64,000 bases of DNA, taken from Escherichia coli (GTDB lineage: Bacteria > Pseudomonadota > Gammaproteobacteria > Enterobacterales > Enterobacteriaceae). Made by a program: the position numbers and the translations under genes. The notes under the pieces are model-generated. The model saw nothing but the letters and a program-made list of their open reading frames with translations. It was not told the DNA's origin and did not search any database. The stretch lies in the NCBI RefSeq assembly GCF_003790525.1, contig NZ_CP033635.1. One strand, 5' to 3'. Every line of letters begins with the position of its first letter. Position 1 is the first letter of the stretch. Shown piece by piece: positions 17,101 through 26,904 of this stretch.

Positions 17101-17690
17101 TGCAGAGACAACTGACGGACCTGTTACAGGAAGGCGCGTGGCACGGCATTCTGCTGTGCGTTCTGGTCGTGCTGTTTCTGTTTTTTCCGCGCCTGTGGGG
17201 GCGATGCAGGCATCGTGAACGCGCCAGTGAGCGTCGTCACCGCCGTTACCGCGCTGCGGCTGAACGTGTGCTGACAAAGCTGCCGGAAGGTGGGGCGGGT
17301 GTGAAATACCTGCGAAAAATTAACCCGTATGTGTTTGAAGAACTGCTGCTTCTGGCGTTTGAACGCCGGGGGATGGCGGTCATCCGTAACACACGTTACA
17401 GCGGAGATGGTGGTCTGGATGGTCAGGTGCTGATTGACGGCGAGCGGTGGCTGATTCAGGCCAAACGTTACGGACGGACCATCCGTCCGTCACATATTGA
17501 TGATTTTGGTGACCTGCTGCGCCGTGAAGGCTGCCGTGGATTTTTTATTCACACCGGTCGTACGGGACCGGCCAGCCGGGCTCGCCTGGCGCTGTGGCCG
17601 GATATTGAGCTGGTCAGCGGGCAGCGTCTGCTGAAACTGCTGAACGGGGCATTGCTGCCGGATGAACTTACCAGAGGAGCGCGGAGATGA
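17097..17690 (+). CDS. Mrr-like restriction endonuclease domain protein (ICE core)
   Basis: N-terminal TM helix; PD-(D/E)xK-like core GDGGLDG ... LIQAKRY. Confidence 0.55.
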   Translation: MMQRQLTDLLQEGAWHGILLCVLVVLFLFFPRLWGRCRHRERASERRHRRYRAAAERVLTKLPEGGAGVKYLRKINPYVFEELLLLAFERRGMAVIRNTRYSGDGGLDGQVLIDGERWLIQAKRYGRTIRPSHIDDFGDLLRREGCRGFFIHTGRTGPASRARLALWPDIELVSGQRLLKLLNGALLPDELTRGARR

Positions 17691-17932
17691 TGACGGTAAA
17701 ACGGGTGTTTATGTTTTTATTCAGAATAACGATTGATTCGTTGCGCATAGTGGCACTGACACTTCTGCTGGCATCCGTGGTTCTGGAAGCGCTTTCAGCC
17801 TGCATTCTGCGCCGGGTAACGGCATCCGTCCGGGTATCACCACACTGTGGATATGGCTGCGGACGTGGTGCGGTGGCGTACTGGCCAGAGAGCCGCGTTC
17901 ACGCTGCACCGGAGAAAGGAGAGCGGGTGTGA
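17687..17932 (+). CDS. small membrane protein
   Basis: 81-aa hydrophobic ORF overlapping neighbours. Confidence 0.3.
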   Translation: MMTVKRVFMFLFRITIDSLRIVALTLLLASVVLEALSACILRRVTASVRVSPHCGYGCGRGAVAYWPESRVHAAPEKGERV

Positions 17933-18714
17933 ACGTTTCATTTACTGAACAGGTGCAGAGGAATATGCCGCAATGGGCGAATGACCCGTTACTGGCATGG
18001 GATGCCACCGCGTTTGCGGCAATGTCGGATTTTATTACAGAGCACTACTGGACGGGACAGGGCAGCATCAATGTGTTCCGCATTGTGGGAACTGACCATC
18101 CACAGTATGCCGGAATGACCTGGCTGGAGCTGATGGAGCGCGGTAAACGTATGGACATCAATATCCCGTTACTGGAAAAAAATCCGGGATACTACACGCA
18201 GGCAGAGCAACAGCATGCCGGGATGAGTTTTGTCAGCACGGATGGCGTTGACTGGTATGTCAGTGCAGACGGCAATCACCGCAGTTGCCTGGCACGCTTT
18301 CTGTTTCACCTGCAGGGGGAGGAGCGCACACAGCTTCACAACGTGGCACAGAGTATTTATCACACAGACCGGGCGTTCTGGTCTGCCTGCCGGGAAATCC
18401 ACAACCTGACTGACGCGCTGTCCCGGCATGGTGTGTATATCCGTCTGCAGACCCGACGGCAGTGTGTTGCCCGCGAAGACCTGGCCTGCTGGAAAGTGGA
18501 CCGTTTCAGCACAGAGGCGCAGCTGACAGTGGATGACGTGCGTGCCGGCGGACATGATATGCCTGCGGTGTATAAGACGTTGCTGCTGAATGCGGCAGAC
18601 GCATGGCGTGAGGTGATGGTATTACAGCGCAGACTGGAGGCGCTGTCTGCATCACCGGGGAACGATTTGCCACGCACATGGTGGCGACGTCTTTTACGGA
18701 AGGGGGACATGTAA
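17929..18714 (+). CDS. conserved ICE protein
   Basis: 261-aa ORF; stop overlaps traD start (TAATGA). Confidence 0.45.
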   Translation: MNVSFTEQVQRNMPQWANDPLLAWDATAFAAMSDFITEHYWTGQGSINVFRIVGTDHPQYAGMTWLELMERGKRMDINIPLLEKNPGYYTQAEQQHAGMSFVSTDGVDWYVSADGNHRSCLARFLFHLQGEERTQLHNVAQSIYHTDRAFWSACREIHNLTDALSRHGVYIRLQTRRQCVAREDLACWKVDRFSTEAQLTVDDVRAGGHDMPAVYKTLLLNAADAWREVMVLQRRLEALSASPGNDLPRTWWRRLLRKGDM

Positions 18715-20831
18715 TGAGCAACCGCTATGTCATTGAGGCATTGCTGAGACCGGCTGTGGAGTTCAATACGGCAGTGGTGGCAGCAACAGCAGCATGTATC
18801 TGTGTGACAGCCCCCTGGGCGGTGGCGCTGGCACCCACCGTCAGTTACGCCACTGCCGGTGGATTTGCCCTGCTGGCCGTGGTGCGTTTCCGGCAGGGGA
18901 TGAACATCATCCGGTATCGCCGTAATCTGCGCCGGCTGCCCCGCTATGTGATGAGTACACGGCAGATCCCGCTCAGCCGTCAGCGGCTGTTTCTGGGGCG
19001 GGGATTTCGCTGGACCCAGAAGCATACCCAGCGTCTCCAGGATACGCTGCGACCGGAGGTGGCACACTATCTGCAGCCGGGCGGACTTTACCGGCTGGCG
19101 CGCTGGCTGGAAATGAAAACGGAACACCGTCTGCCCGCGCTGGGGAAACTGCTCCGGCATGAGTCGTCTCTGAATCCTGTGCGTCCTCTGCCGCCGGTGG
19201 GGGGAAATCCCGCCCTGCATGGTATTGAGCCGGATGAACAGGATGTGACGCTGGCTCTGGGGGAGCGTGTGGGGCATACCATTGTCTACGGCACCACCCG
19301 TGTCGGTAAAACCCGCCTGGCAGAACTGCTGGTCACTCAGGATATCCGCAGGGGAGAGGTGACCATTGTGTTTGATCCCAAAGGTGATGCTGATCTGCTG
19401 CTGCGTGTCTGGGCGGAAGCACACCGTGCCGGGCGGGGTGATGAACTGTATATTTTCCATCTGGGATGGCCGGAAATTTCGGCCCGATATAATGCGGTGG
19501 GACGCTTCGGGCGTGTTTCGGAAGTGGCTTCTCGTGTGGCCGGGCAGTTGTCCGGTGAAGGGAACTCTGCGGCTTTCCGCGAGTTCGCCTGGCGGTTCGT
19601 CAACATCATTTCCCGCGCCCTGGTGGCACTCGGTGAGCGCCCGGACTACCTGCTGATTGTGCGGTATGTGAACAACATAGCCGATCTCTATATCCGCTAT
19701 GCCGGAAAGGTGATCCGCGAGCGCATGCCGGAACTGGAGCAGGCGATTGCGAATAACCAGAATGTGATCAGCGAGGAGGATGTTCCCCGCACCATGCAGA
19801 ACCAGCCGGATGCGGTACGTATCTGGTCCATCGAGATGGCCCTGAGCAGTGAGGAGGGTAAAAAAATTTACGATCCGATCCTGGACGGGCTTCGCAGTGC
19901 GGTCCGCTATGACCGTACCTATTTTGACAAAATCGTGGCGTCCCTGCTGCCGCTGCTGGAAAAACTCACCACGGGCAGGATCGCAGAGCTGCTGGCACCG
20001 GACTATCTGGACATGAACGATGCGCGACCGATTTTTGACTGGGAACAGGTGATCCGTAAAAAGGCGGTGGTCTATATCGGCCTGGATGCACTCAGCGACA
20101 GTGTGGTAGCCAGTGCTGTGGGGAATTCGATGTTTGCGGACCTGGTGAGCGTGGCGGGGCATATCTACAAGCACGGCATGCATGCCGGTCTGCCCGGTAA
20201 GGGGGAAGGCAAAAATGTGGTGAACCTGCACTGCGATGAGTTTAACGAACTGATGGGGGATGAGTTTATTCCGCTCATTAACAAGGGGGGCGGTGCCGGT
20301 ATGCAGGTCACCGCGTACACCCAGACATCGTCAGATATTGAAGCGCGTATCGGTAATGCAGCCAAAACGGCGCAGGTTCAGGGAAACTTCAACAACATGA
20401 TCATGCTGCGTGTCAGGGAGAACAGGACGGCAGAGCTGCTGACCACACAACTGCCTCAGGTGGAGATCTACACCAAGACGCTGGTCTCCGGTCACCAGGA
20501 TACGGCGGACGTGTCTGCCGGTCAGGATTTCACGTCCAGCACCCAGGATCGTGTCGGCACGGTGAAGGTACCTCTGCTGGAGCCGTCAGATATTGTCACC
20601 CTGCCCAAGGGACAGGCGTTTGCCCTGCTGGAAGGGGGGCAGTTGTGGAAAATCCGGATGCCGCTGCCGGCAGGGGATACGGATGACGTGCTGATGCCGG
20701 AGAACATTGCCCGGGTGGCAGAGGCGATGAGACAGAACTATCACACCGGTGAAGGATGGTGGAATGAGCCGCCGTCAGCGCAGGCCGCCGGAACAGATGA
20801 AGGAGGCGGATATGGCGGAAGCGCGTCGTGA
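18714..20831 (+). CDS. traD: conjugative coupling protein (T4CP, TraD/VirD4-like)
   Basis: ATG 18714 after GGAAGGGGGA; N-terminal TM helices; Walker A GTTRVGKT. Confidence 0.85.
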   Translation: MSNRYVIEALLRPAVEFNTAVVAATAACICVTAPWAVALAPTVSYATAGGFALLAVVRFRQGMNIIRYRRNLRRLPRYVMSTRQIPLSRQRLFLGRGFRWTQKHTQRLQDTLRPEVAHYLQPGGLYRLARWLEMKTEHRLPALGKLLRHESSLNPVRPLPPVGGNPALHGIEPDEQDVTLALGERVGHTIVYGTTRVGKTRLAELLVTQDIRRGEVTIVFDPKGDADLLLRVWAEAHRAGRGDELYIFHLGWPEISARYNAVGRFGRVSEVASRVAGQLSGEGNSAAFREFAWRFVNIISRALVALGERPDYLLIVRYVNNIADLYIRYAGKVIRERMPELEQAIANNQNVISEEDVPRTMQNQPDAVRIWSIEMALSSEEGKKIYDPILDGLRSAVRYDRTYFDKIVASLLPLLEKLTTGRIAELLAPDYLDMNDARPIFDWEQVIRKKAVVYIGLDALSDSVVASAVGNSMFADLVSVAGHIYKHGMHAGLPGKGEGKNVVNLHCDEFNELMGDEFIPLINKGGGAGMQVTAYTQTSSDIEARIGNAAKTAQVQGNFNNMIMLRVRENRTAELLTTQLPQVEIYTKTLVSGHQDTADVSAGQDFTSSTQDRVGTVKVPLLEPSDIVTLPKGQAFALLEGGQLWKIRMPLPAGDTDDVLMPENIARVAEAMRQNYHTGEGWWNEPPSAQAAGTDEGGGYGGSAS

Positions 20832-21573
20832 TGCGGAACGCAGCCCGCAGTCCCGGGCGCCCCGTCAGCATGGTCTGCTGTACAATCTGGTGTGGGGCTG
20901 GCCGTGGGCACTGGTGGGGCTGATTTTATCCTCCCTGCTGCTGAGTCTGTTGATTGAGTATGCCGGTATGACGTTTTTCTGGAGTGAGGAGGGGGCGGCG
21001 CACAGCCGCGCTGTCATGAACACGGAGCTGGGCTGGCTGTCAACGGAGTTCACCCGCAGTCTGCTGCTTTCCGCGCCGGCAGAAACGGTGCCGGCGTGGA
21101 TTTCCGCCGCGTATCAGTGGCTGTTTGTGGACAGTGGCATGCAGACATGGCTGCATGCACAGCAGGCGGGGACGGCGGCAGGCAGAAGCGTGTCTGAATT
21201 CAGCAGTGAGCTGAGTCAGTGGCTGGCTTATCATCTTCATGACTACCTGCTGGCGACGGTGTATGTGACGGTGGTGACGATGGTCAGGGTGGTTATTCTC
21301 GTCCTGTCCGTTCCGTTGTTTGTGATGGTGGTTCTGGTGGCCGTTGTGGAGGGGCTGGGGCGCCGTGATTTGCGGCGTTACGGCGCGGCTTATGAGTCCA
21401 GCTTTGTCTATCATCATGCAAAAAAATCAGTCAGACCGGCGATTTATGTCCCCTGCATTATTTACCTTTCCTGGCCCGGCGCGGTATATCCGAACCTGCT
21501 GATATGGCCGGCGGCCATGCTGCTGGGACTGGCGGTTACCGTGACTGTGGCATCGTTCAAAAAATATCTCTGA
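20812..21573 (+). CDS. conserved ICE integral membrane protein
   Basis: ATG 20812 preceded by AGGAGG; multiple TM helices; track ORF starts earlier at 20749 inside traD. Confidence 0.5.
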   Translation: MAEARRDAERSPQSRAPRQHGLLYNLVWGWPWALVGLILSSLLLSLLIEYAGMTFFWSEEGAAHSRAVMNTELGWLSTEFTRSLLLSAPAETVPAWISAAYQWLFVDSGMQTWLHAQQAGTAAGRSVSEFSSELSQWLAYHLHDYLLATVYVTVVTMVRVVILVLSVPLFVMVVLVAVVEGLGRRDLRRYGAAYESSFVYHHAKKSVRPAIYVPCIIYLSWPGAVYPNLLIWPAAMLLGLAVTVTVASFKKYL

Positions 21574-21656
21574 TTCATGCGCCGGACACCCCGGTGCAAA
21601 ACGTGTTTTGTGGCGGGGTGTCGGCAGACAAGCCACGTACTGACTGTCACAGCGCG

Positions 21657-21848
21657 TCAGCGTAAGAGCACCGGCAGCAAGGGAATGACAACAATGGTGA
21701 TGACGATGATGAGCAGGTTGATGCCCCTGATGACGTCATATAACCAGACAGGGCACTGTGGCTCTTCCCTGACGATATATAACACAACAAAAAACCAGGT
21801 AAGACTGAACAGGGCCCGGTACGGAAGGGCGGTGAGGAGAAATTCCAT
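21657..21848 (-). CDS. small two-helix membrane protein (hypothetical)
   Basis: 63-aa ORF with AAGAGGAAA RBS 8 nt upstream; antisense to the tra string. Confidence 0.35.
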   Translation of the reverse strand: MEFLLTALPYRALFSLTWFFVVLYIVREEPQCPVWLYDVIRGINLLIIVITIVVIPLLPVLLR

Positions 21849-22091
21849 GCTGATGTTTCCTCTTTACGGGGGGTCATTAGCGGGAAACTGTAGTGATGAC
21901 CTGTTTCAGTAAACAGAAAAAATCATTAAAGATGGAATAAAATTGCGCCCCGGCGCGGGGATATGTTCCGGCATTCAGCCATGTCCGTTTTCCCTTAAAA
22001 ATTTTCAGTTTTACAAATAGAGTTTATCGCTGACCGGCACACCTGCCTTCTTCATGCTGTACGCACCCACAGATTCTTAACGGAGGTGCGT

Positions 22092-22433
22092 ATGTTTTCT
22101 CTTCCCGCATTTCCCCGGCGTGCCGCTGCCCTGGCAGGTACTACCGGGATGATGCTTCTTGCCATTGTGGCTGTGCCGGCTCAGGCCGCCGAAAAGGATG
22201 AGCTGGCAACGGCCATGCGCCAGCTTGACCAGGTACGGGCGGCGCTTGACCGTGCCAGAACGGCATCCCTTCAGGCCACGCCTCATGACGGGCGTTATTT
22301 CTTCGACTACCCGCGCGCACAGGCTGACATTCAGACCATGCAGGCGGGTATTGACCGTTATCTCACGCCGTCCCGTGCCCAGCCCCGAAACGGCAGTGCC
22401 GTGACCGGTGAATACCGGCGGGAGCGTCCCTGA
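22092..22433 (+). CDS. conserved ICE periplasmic protein
   Basis: ATG 22092 preceded by GGAGG; signal peptide. Confidence 0.45.
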   Translation: MFSLPAFPRRAAALAGTTGMMLLAIVAVPAQAAEKDELATAMRQLDQVRAALDRARTASLQATPHDGRYFFDYPRAQADIQTMQAGIDRYLTPSRAQPRNGSAVTGEYRRERP

Positions 22434-22675
22434 TGGCGCTGACGTCGGCACAGATCACGGCCTTTAAGGTGGCATCCGGTGATGTGGATCTGAATGTGGT
22501 GCATCTGACATCGGTGGGAATGCTGGTTGCCGTTCTCTTTCTCTGGGCCGCCTGGGGACTGTCGGATGCATGGTCCGGGTGGCGTAACGGTGACGTCAGG
22601 GAATCTGCGTTTATCTGGTTTACCGTCCGTACCGCACTGCTGCTTGTCAGCAGTATCTGGATGTTTGCGGGCTGA
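22433..22675 (+). CDS. conserved ICE small membrane protein
   Basis: 80-aa ORF with TM helices. Confidence 0.45.
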   Translation: MALTSAQITAFKVASGDVDLNVVHLTSVGMLVAVLFLWAAWGLSDAWSGWRNGDVRESAFIWFTVRTALLLVSSIWMFAG

Positions 22676-22702
22676 TTTTCCGTTTTCTTTAAGGAGACAT
22701 AT

Positions 22703-23068
22703 ATGTTTAAAAACGCTTTTACTTTCCGTCACCTGCGTCTGGCGGGAATGGGGCTGATTGCTTTTCTGCTGGGCAGTCTGACCCCGGCACTGGCCGATTT
22801 GCCCAAAATTGAGCCGCCATCATCCGGTGGGGGTGGTGGTTTTTTTAATCAACTCAAAGGCTATATCCAGGATGGCATTGTGCTGTTTGGTCTGGTAGTT
22901 GCAGCGGCGGCCTTTGTGAAGGTGGCGGAGGCTGCCGTTACCACTTTTTCTGAGGTGCGTGACGGCAAGACGGGCTGGGGACAGTTCGGGGCCATTATCG
23001 TGGTCGGGGTGGTGCTGCTGGTTGCGGTTATCTGGCTGCTCGGCAAATCCGCGAACATCATCCTGTAA
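22703..23068 (+). CDS. T4SS pilin-like membrane protein (VirB2-like)
   Basis: Signal/leader, Gly-rich segment, two hydrophobic helices. Confidence 0.5.
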   Translation: MFKNAFTFRHLRLAGMGLIAFLLGSLTPALADLPKIEPPSSGGGGGFFNQLKGYIQDGIVLFGLVVAAAAFVKVAEAAVTTFSEVRDGKTGWGQFGAIIVVGVVLLVAVIWLLGKSANIIL

Positions 23069-23087
23069 TCCACCAGGAGGGCTGTTT

Positions 23088-23453
23088 ATGGAAACCATTC
23101 GTTTTCTGCCCGATCGTCTGAATGCCGAACCGACGGTGTTCCGGGGATTCACCACGCCAGAGCTGGGTCTGGCCGCACTGAGCGGTGTCTTTCTCGGTCT
23201 TCTCTGGACACTGCCACTGATACCGCTGTTCGGCTGGGTGATTATTCCCACCGGTGCCCTGCTCACTCCACTGCTTCTGGTCTGGACCGGCGGCGTGTGG
23301 ATCACCCGGCTGAAACGGGGCAAACCGGATAACTGGCTCTGGCAGCGTATTGAAGAGAAAAAAGCGGCGCTGGGTGTGGGGCGCCCTGCATTTATCAGGG
23401 AAGCACAGGGCTGGTCCCTGCGTCGTTCCCGCGTCAGGGGAGGAAAAGGATGA
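23088..23453 (+). CDS. conserved ICE membrane protein
   Basis: METIRFLPD start inside track ORF 22959..23453; TM helices. Confidence 0.45.
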   Translation: METIRFLPDRLNAEPTVFRGFTTPELGLAALSGVFLGLLWTLPLIPLFGWVIIPTGALLTPLLLVWTGGVWITRLKRGKPDNWLWQRIEEKKAALGVGRPAFIREAQGWSLRRSRVRGGKG

Positions 23454-24097
23454 GTCGTTTTCGTCATGCCCTGCAGGATCGTGACCAGCATATTTTGACG
23501 CTTCGTGTGTTCAGTGGTGTGCTGGCGGGGCTGCTTCTGATGGTCACCCTCGGCTGGATGTCTGCACCTGACCGGCTGACCATCCATAATCCACCTGATT
23601 TACGTTCCGGCAGTACCCGTTCGTGGTGGGAGGTTCCGCCTTCCACTGTCTATTCCTTTGCGTATTACATTTTCCAGCAACTGAATGCCTGGCCGAAAAA
23701 CGGTGAGGTGGATTATCCGGCAAAAATTCATGCCCTGTCGGCCTATCTGACACCGTCGTGCCGGGAAATCCTTGAAACGGATGCACGACGCCGTAAGGAC
23801 GCGGGGGAACTGCTGGATCGTGTTCGTGTGGTGTATGAGATCCCTGAGCACGGTTACGGCGGACGTTACAACCGTAATCCGGTCACGGTGGAAGGCCGGG
23901 ACAACTGGCAGGTTCGTCTCGACCTGGTGGTGGATGAGTATTTTCATGCTGAGCCGGTCAAACGGGCGCTGGTCCGCTATCCGATGAAGGTGGTGCGTAT
24001 GGAGGGCGATCCGGAACTTAATCCGTTTGCTCTGGCGCTGGACTGTTACAGCTCCACGCCGCAGCGTCTGGAAGCCGTGAAGGGAGGTGGTGAATGA
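23450..24097 (+). CDS. conserved ICE protein
   Basis: N-terminal TM helix; overlapping stop-start. Confidence 0.45.
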   Translation: MSRFRHALQDRDQHILTLRVFSGVLAGLLLMVTLGWMSAPDRLTIHNPPDLRSGSTRSWWEVPPSTVYSFAYYIFQQLNAWPKNGEVDYPAKIHALSAYLTPSCREILETDARRRKDAGELLDRVRVVYEIPEHGYGGRYNRNPVTVEGRDNWQVRLDLVVDEYFHAEPVKRALVRYPMKVVRMEGDPELNPFALALDCYSSTPQRLEAVKGGGE

Positions 24098-25014
24098 GAA
24101 CCTGTGTACTGCGCAACCTGCTGCGTCCTGCCGCTGTGATGTTGTCGCTGTCAGTGATGTCCCTGACGGCGCAGGCAGATGAACTGATGAAGTGGGAGCG
24201 TATTCCGCTGGATGTCCCGCTGATGGTGGGGCAGGAGCGGGTCATTTTTGCCGATAAAAACGTGAGGGTGGGCTTTCCGCCGGCACTGAACGGCAGGCTG
24301 CGGGTGCAGAGCACCGGCGGTGCCGTTTACCTGAAAGCGGACAGCGCGTTTCCGAAAACGCGGATCCAGCTGCAGGATGTGGAAAGCGGGGAGATGATCC
24401 TGCTGGATGTGACGGCCGCAGAAAAGGGGCCCACCGAGCCGATACGGATTGTGTATGACGGGGAGGTGAACACGGTGAGCCGTGCCGGCGGCAGCGCTCC
24501 GGAGAGCGCGAAGGCGGGCAGCAGTGACGGACGTCCCGGGAAAGTCGGTGCGGATGACGGCACGCAGGCCCGCCGGACCGCCCCCCGTTATGACGAGCCC
24601 CTGCCGGTTCTGCTGACCCGGTATGCGGCACAGTCCCTGTATGCTCCGCTGCGCACCCTTGAACCGGTTGCGGGGATCAGACCGGTGGTGCCACCTCTTC
24701 CCCGGCAAATCACCACGCTTTACCCGTCTGAACCCCTGACGGTATCCCCGGTGGCGGCATGGTCCGCCGGCGGACGAACCGTGGTGGCCCTGAAACTCAC
24801 CAGTACGGTGAGCCGGCGTATTGTGCTTGATCCGCGAGCCCTGCAGGGCCGTTTTGTGGCGGCCACCTTCCAGCACCGCTGGCTGGGTGCTGCCGGGACA
24901 CCGGAAGACACCACAATGCTGTATGTGGTGACGGCAGGCCGCCCGGAGAAGGCCTTTGTGGCAGAGCCTGTGGCACCGCGCAGGACGGGCGGGGAGGTGA
25001 AACATGCAGATTAA
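24094..25014 (+). CDS. conserved ICE periplasmic protein (VirB9-like role suspected)
   Basis: Signal peptide ending AQA. Confidence 0.45.
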   Translation: MRTCVLRNLLRPAAVMLSLSVMSLTAQADELMKWERIPLDVPLMVGQERVIFADKNVRVGFPPALNGRLRVQSTGGAVYLKADSAFPKTRIQLQDVESGEMILLDVTAAEKGPTEPIRIVYDGEVNTVSRAGGSAPESAKAGSSDGRPGKVGADDGTQARRTAPRYDEPLPVLLTRYAAQSLYAPLRTLEPVAGIRPVVPPLPRQITTLYPSEPLTVSPVAAWSAGGRTVVALKLTSTVSRRIVLDPRALQGRFVAATFQHRWLGAAGTPEDTTMLYVVTAGRPEKAFVAEPVAPRRTGGEVKHAD

Positions 25015-26482
25015 GTCCAATACCCTGGTGAAATTTGTGGTACCTGCTGTGGTACTGGCGGGGCTGGTGATCACGATGAAAAGCTGCAGCACACCGGAGA
25101 GCGGGAGTGAGAGTACAGCACAGAGCGGTGCGCTGGCCGGATTATCGTCAGAAGAGCTGCGTGCGCTGGGCGTGGAAGGGGACACGCCGGAGGATACCCT
25201 GCGGACCCTGGTTGCCCGCCTGAACCAGGTCAGGGATAACCAGAAAACGCTGGAGAGCCAGAATGCGCAGTTGCTGAAGGACAACGAACAGCTGCGTCGC
25301 CGGGGGACGGATGTGTCCGGCCAGGTCAGTGAAGCCGTGGCGGGAATGCAGAAAACCTACGATCAGAAGCAGCGTGAACTGCAGGAGCAGCAGCGCTCCC
25401 TGATGTCGCAGATTGATGTGCTGCGGGGGCAACTGAGTGACCAGCTGACGGGAAGTCACACGAAGCTCAGCGATATTCCTGACGGGCTGGGACTGGATTC
25501 AGGCAGTGGTGCCGGGTCGTTGATCTCGCAGGGGGCGGACGGGCTGATGTGGGTGAGTCCGGCCGATCAGTCACAGGATGATCCGCTGAGCAGCGGCGGA
25601 AAGAGCGGTCCGCGTTTTCCGACCTCCTTCCTTGAAGATAACCCCCTGACCCGGCAGAAAGCAGCCTATGAGCAGCAGGTGAAGGGGTACAGCAATGAGC
25701 AGCAGGCGGCCACCACGCAGGCCGTGTACACCCTGCCGGAGAACTCAACCCTGACGGGCAGCCGTGCCATGACGGCCCTGCTGGGCAGGGTGCCGGTAAA
25801 CGGCACGGTGACCGATCCGTATCCGTTCAAGATCCTCGTGGGGCGCGATAACCTCACGGCAAACGGCATTGAACTGCCGGATGTGGAGGGGGCTGTGGTG
25901 TCAGGGACGGCCAGCGGTGACTGGACGCTTTCCTGTGTGCGCGGACAGGTGAACAGCATCACCTTTGTGTTTGCTGACGGCACGGTACGCACGCTGCCAC
26001 AGGCGGATGTGAACGGTACCACCAACAGCAATCAGCAGGCGAAAAACGGGAATAACGCAGGCGGGATTGGCTGGATTTCGGATGAGGATGGGATCCCGTG
26101 TATCAGCGGCACCCGTAAATCCAATGCGTCAACCTACCTGCCGACGATATTCGGGCTGGCCGCAGCCGGCGCGGCCGGGGATGCCCTGAGTGAGGGGCAG
26201 TACACCTCGCAGAACAATGTCAACGGTATCACCTCGACGCTGACCGGCAGTGCCGGTGAAGCGGCGCTGGGTAAGGCCCTTTCCGGCGGGATGAATGAGA
26301 CCGCGGACTGGGTAAGACAGCGTTACGGGCAGACCTTTGATGCCATTTATGTGCCGCCGGGAAAAACGCTGGCCGTTCACATTACCCGTCAGCTGGCGAT
26401 TGATTATGAAGAGCGTGGACGTCGTGTGCGTTATGACTTCACCCTGCCGGGAGAAGCGGGCGACCGGGGCGGCCTTGACTGA
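25004..26482 (+). CDS. conserved ICE protein (VirB10-like role suspected)
   Basis: N-terminal TM anchor, coiled coil, large periplasmic domain. Confidence 0.45.
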   Translation: MQIKSNTLVKFVVPAVVLAGLVITMKSCSTPESGSESTAQSGALAGLSSEELRALGVEGDTPEDTLRTLVARLNQVRDNQKTLESQNAQLLKDNEQLRRRGTDVSGQVSEAVAGMQKTYDQKQRELQEQQRSLMSQIDVLRGQLSDQLTGSHTKLSDIPDGLGLDSGSGAGSLISQGADGLMWVSPADQSQDDPLSSGGKSGPRFPTSFLEDNPLTRQKAAYEQQVKGYSNEQQAATTQAVYTLPENSTLTGSRAMTALLGRVPVNGTVTDPYPFKILVGRDNLTANGIELPDVEGAVVSGTASGDWTLSCVRGQVNSITFVFADGTVRTLPQADVNGTTNSNQQAKNGNNAGGIGWISDEDGIPCISGTRKSNASTYLPTIFGLAAAGAAGDALSEGQYTSQNNVNGITSTLTGSAGEAALGKALSGGMNETADWVRQRYGQTFDAIYVPPGKTLAVHITRQLAIDYEERGRRVRYDFTLPGEAGDRGGLD

Positions 26483-26499
26483 ACAGGGAGAATGAGTCC

Positions 26500-26904
26500 G
26501 TGAAACGATTACTGTTCGTGATGAGTGTGGCACTGGTGCTGTCGGGCTGTGCCACCTCTAAAGAAGAGCTGCTGCCTGCCGGAGAGCAGACGATGCTGGA
26601 GCTCTGGCAGGGTAAAACCGCAGGTGGCGGTCAGCGGCATGCGCTGGCCGCCCGGGAAACGTTGCGCCGTCCCCTTACGGTAACGGAGCAGCAGGGGATG
26701 AACGCGGAGGCGTACAGCTACAGCCGGACGCAGGAAAGCGAAATCAGCCAGCAGTTTCCGCGTCTGCCGAATCCCGACATGGTGATGTATGTGTTTCCGC
26801 ATCTGGCCGGCGGTACGTCGCCGGTTCCGGGCTACAGCACGGTATTTCCTTTTTACAGCAGGACGCAGTATGCGCTGCCAGGTGAGCGTACGGAGGCTCT
26901 GTAA
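26500..26904 (+). CDS. conjugative transfer region lipoprotein
   Basis: Signal peptide with lipobox LSGC. Confidence 0.5.
   Translation: MKRLLFVMSVALVLSGCATSKEELLPAGEQTMLELWQGKTAGGGQRHALAARETLRRPLTVTEQQGMNAEAYSYSRTQESEISQQFPRLPNPDMVMYVFPHLAGGTSPVPGYSTVFPFYSRTQYALPGERTEAL

Noticed and set aside
18360-20231. 623-aa minus-strand ORF overlapping traD (and similar long antisense ORFs 24151..25284, 27723..28481, 31736..33013, 22820..23587)
   Set aside because: Arg/His/Pro/Cys-rich, low-complexity translations antisense to well-supported GC-rich genes; typical antisense artefacts of high-GC coding DNA.
21577-21912. 111-aa plus-strand ORF between tra genes
   Set aside because: Arg/Cys-rich low-complexity translation with no RBS; the minus-strand small membrane protein ORF in the same interval is more plausible.
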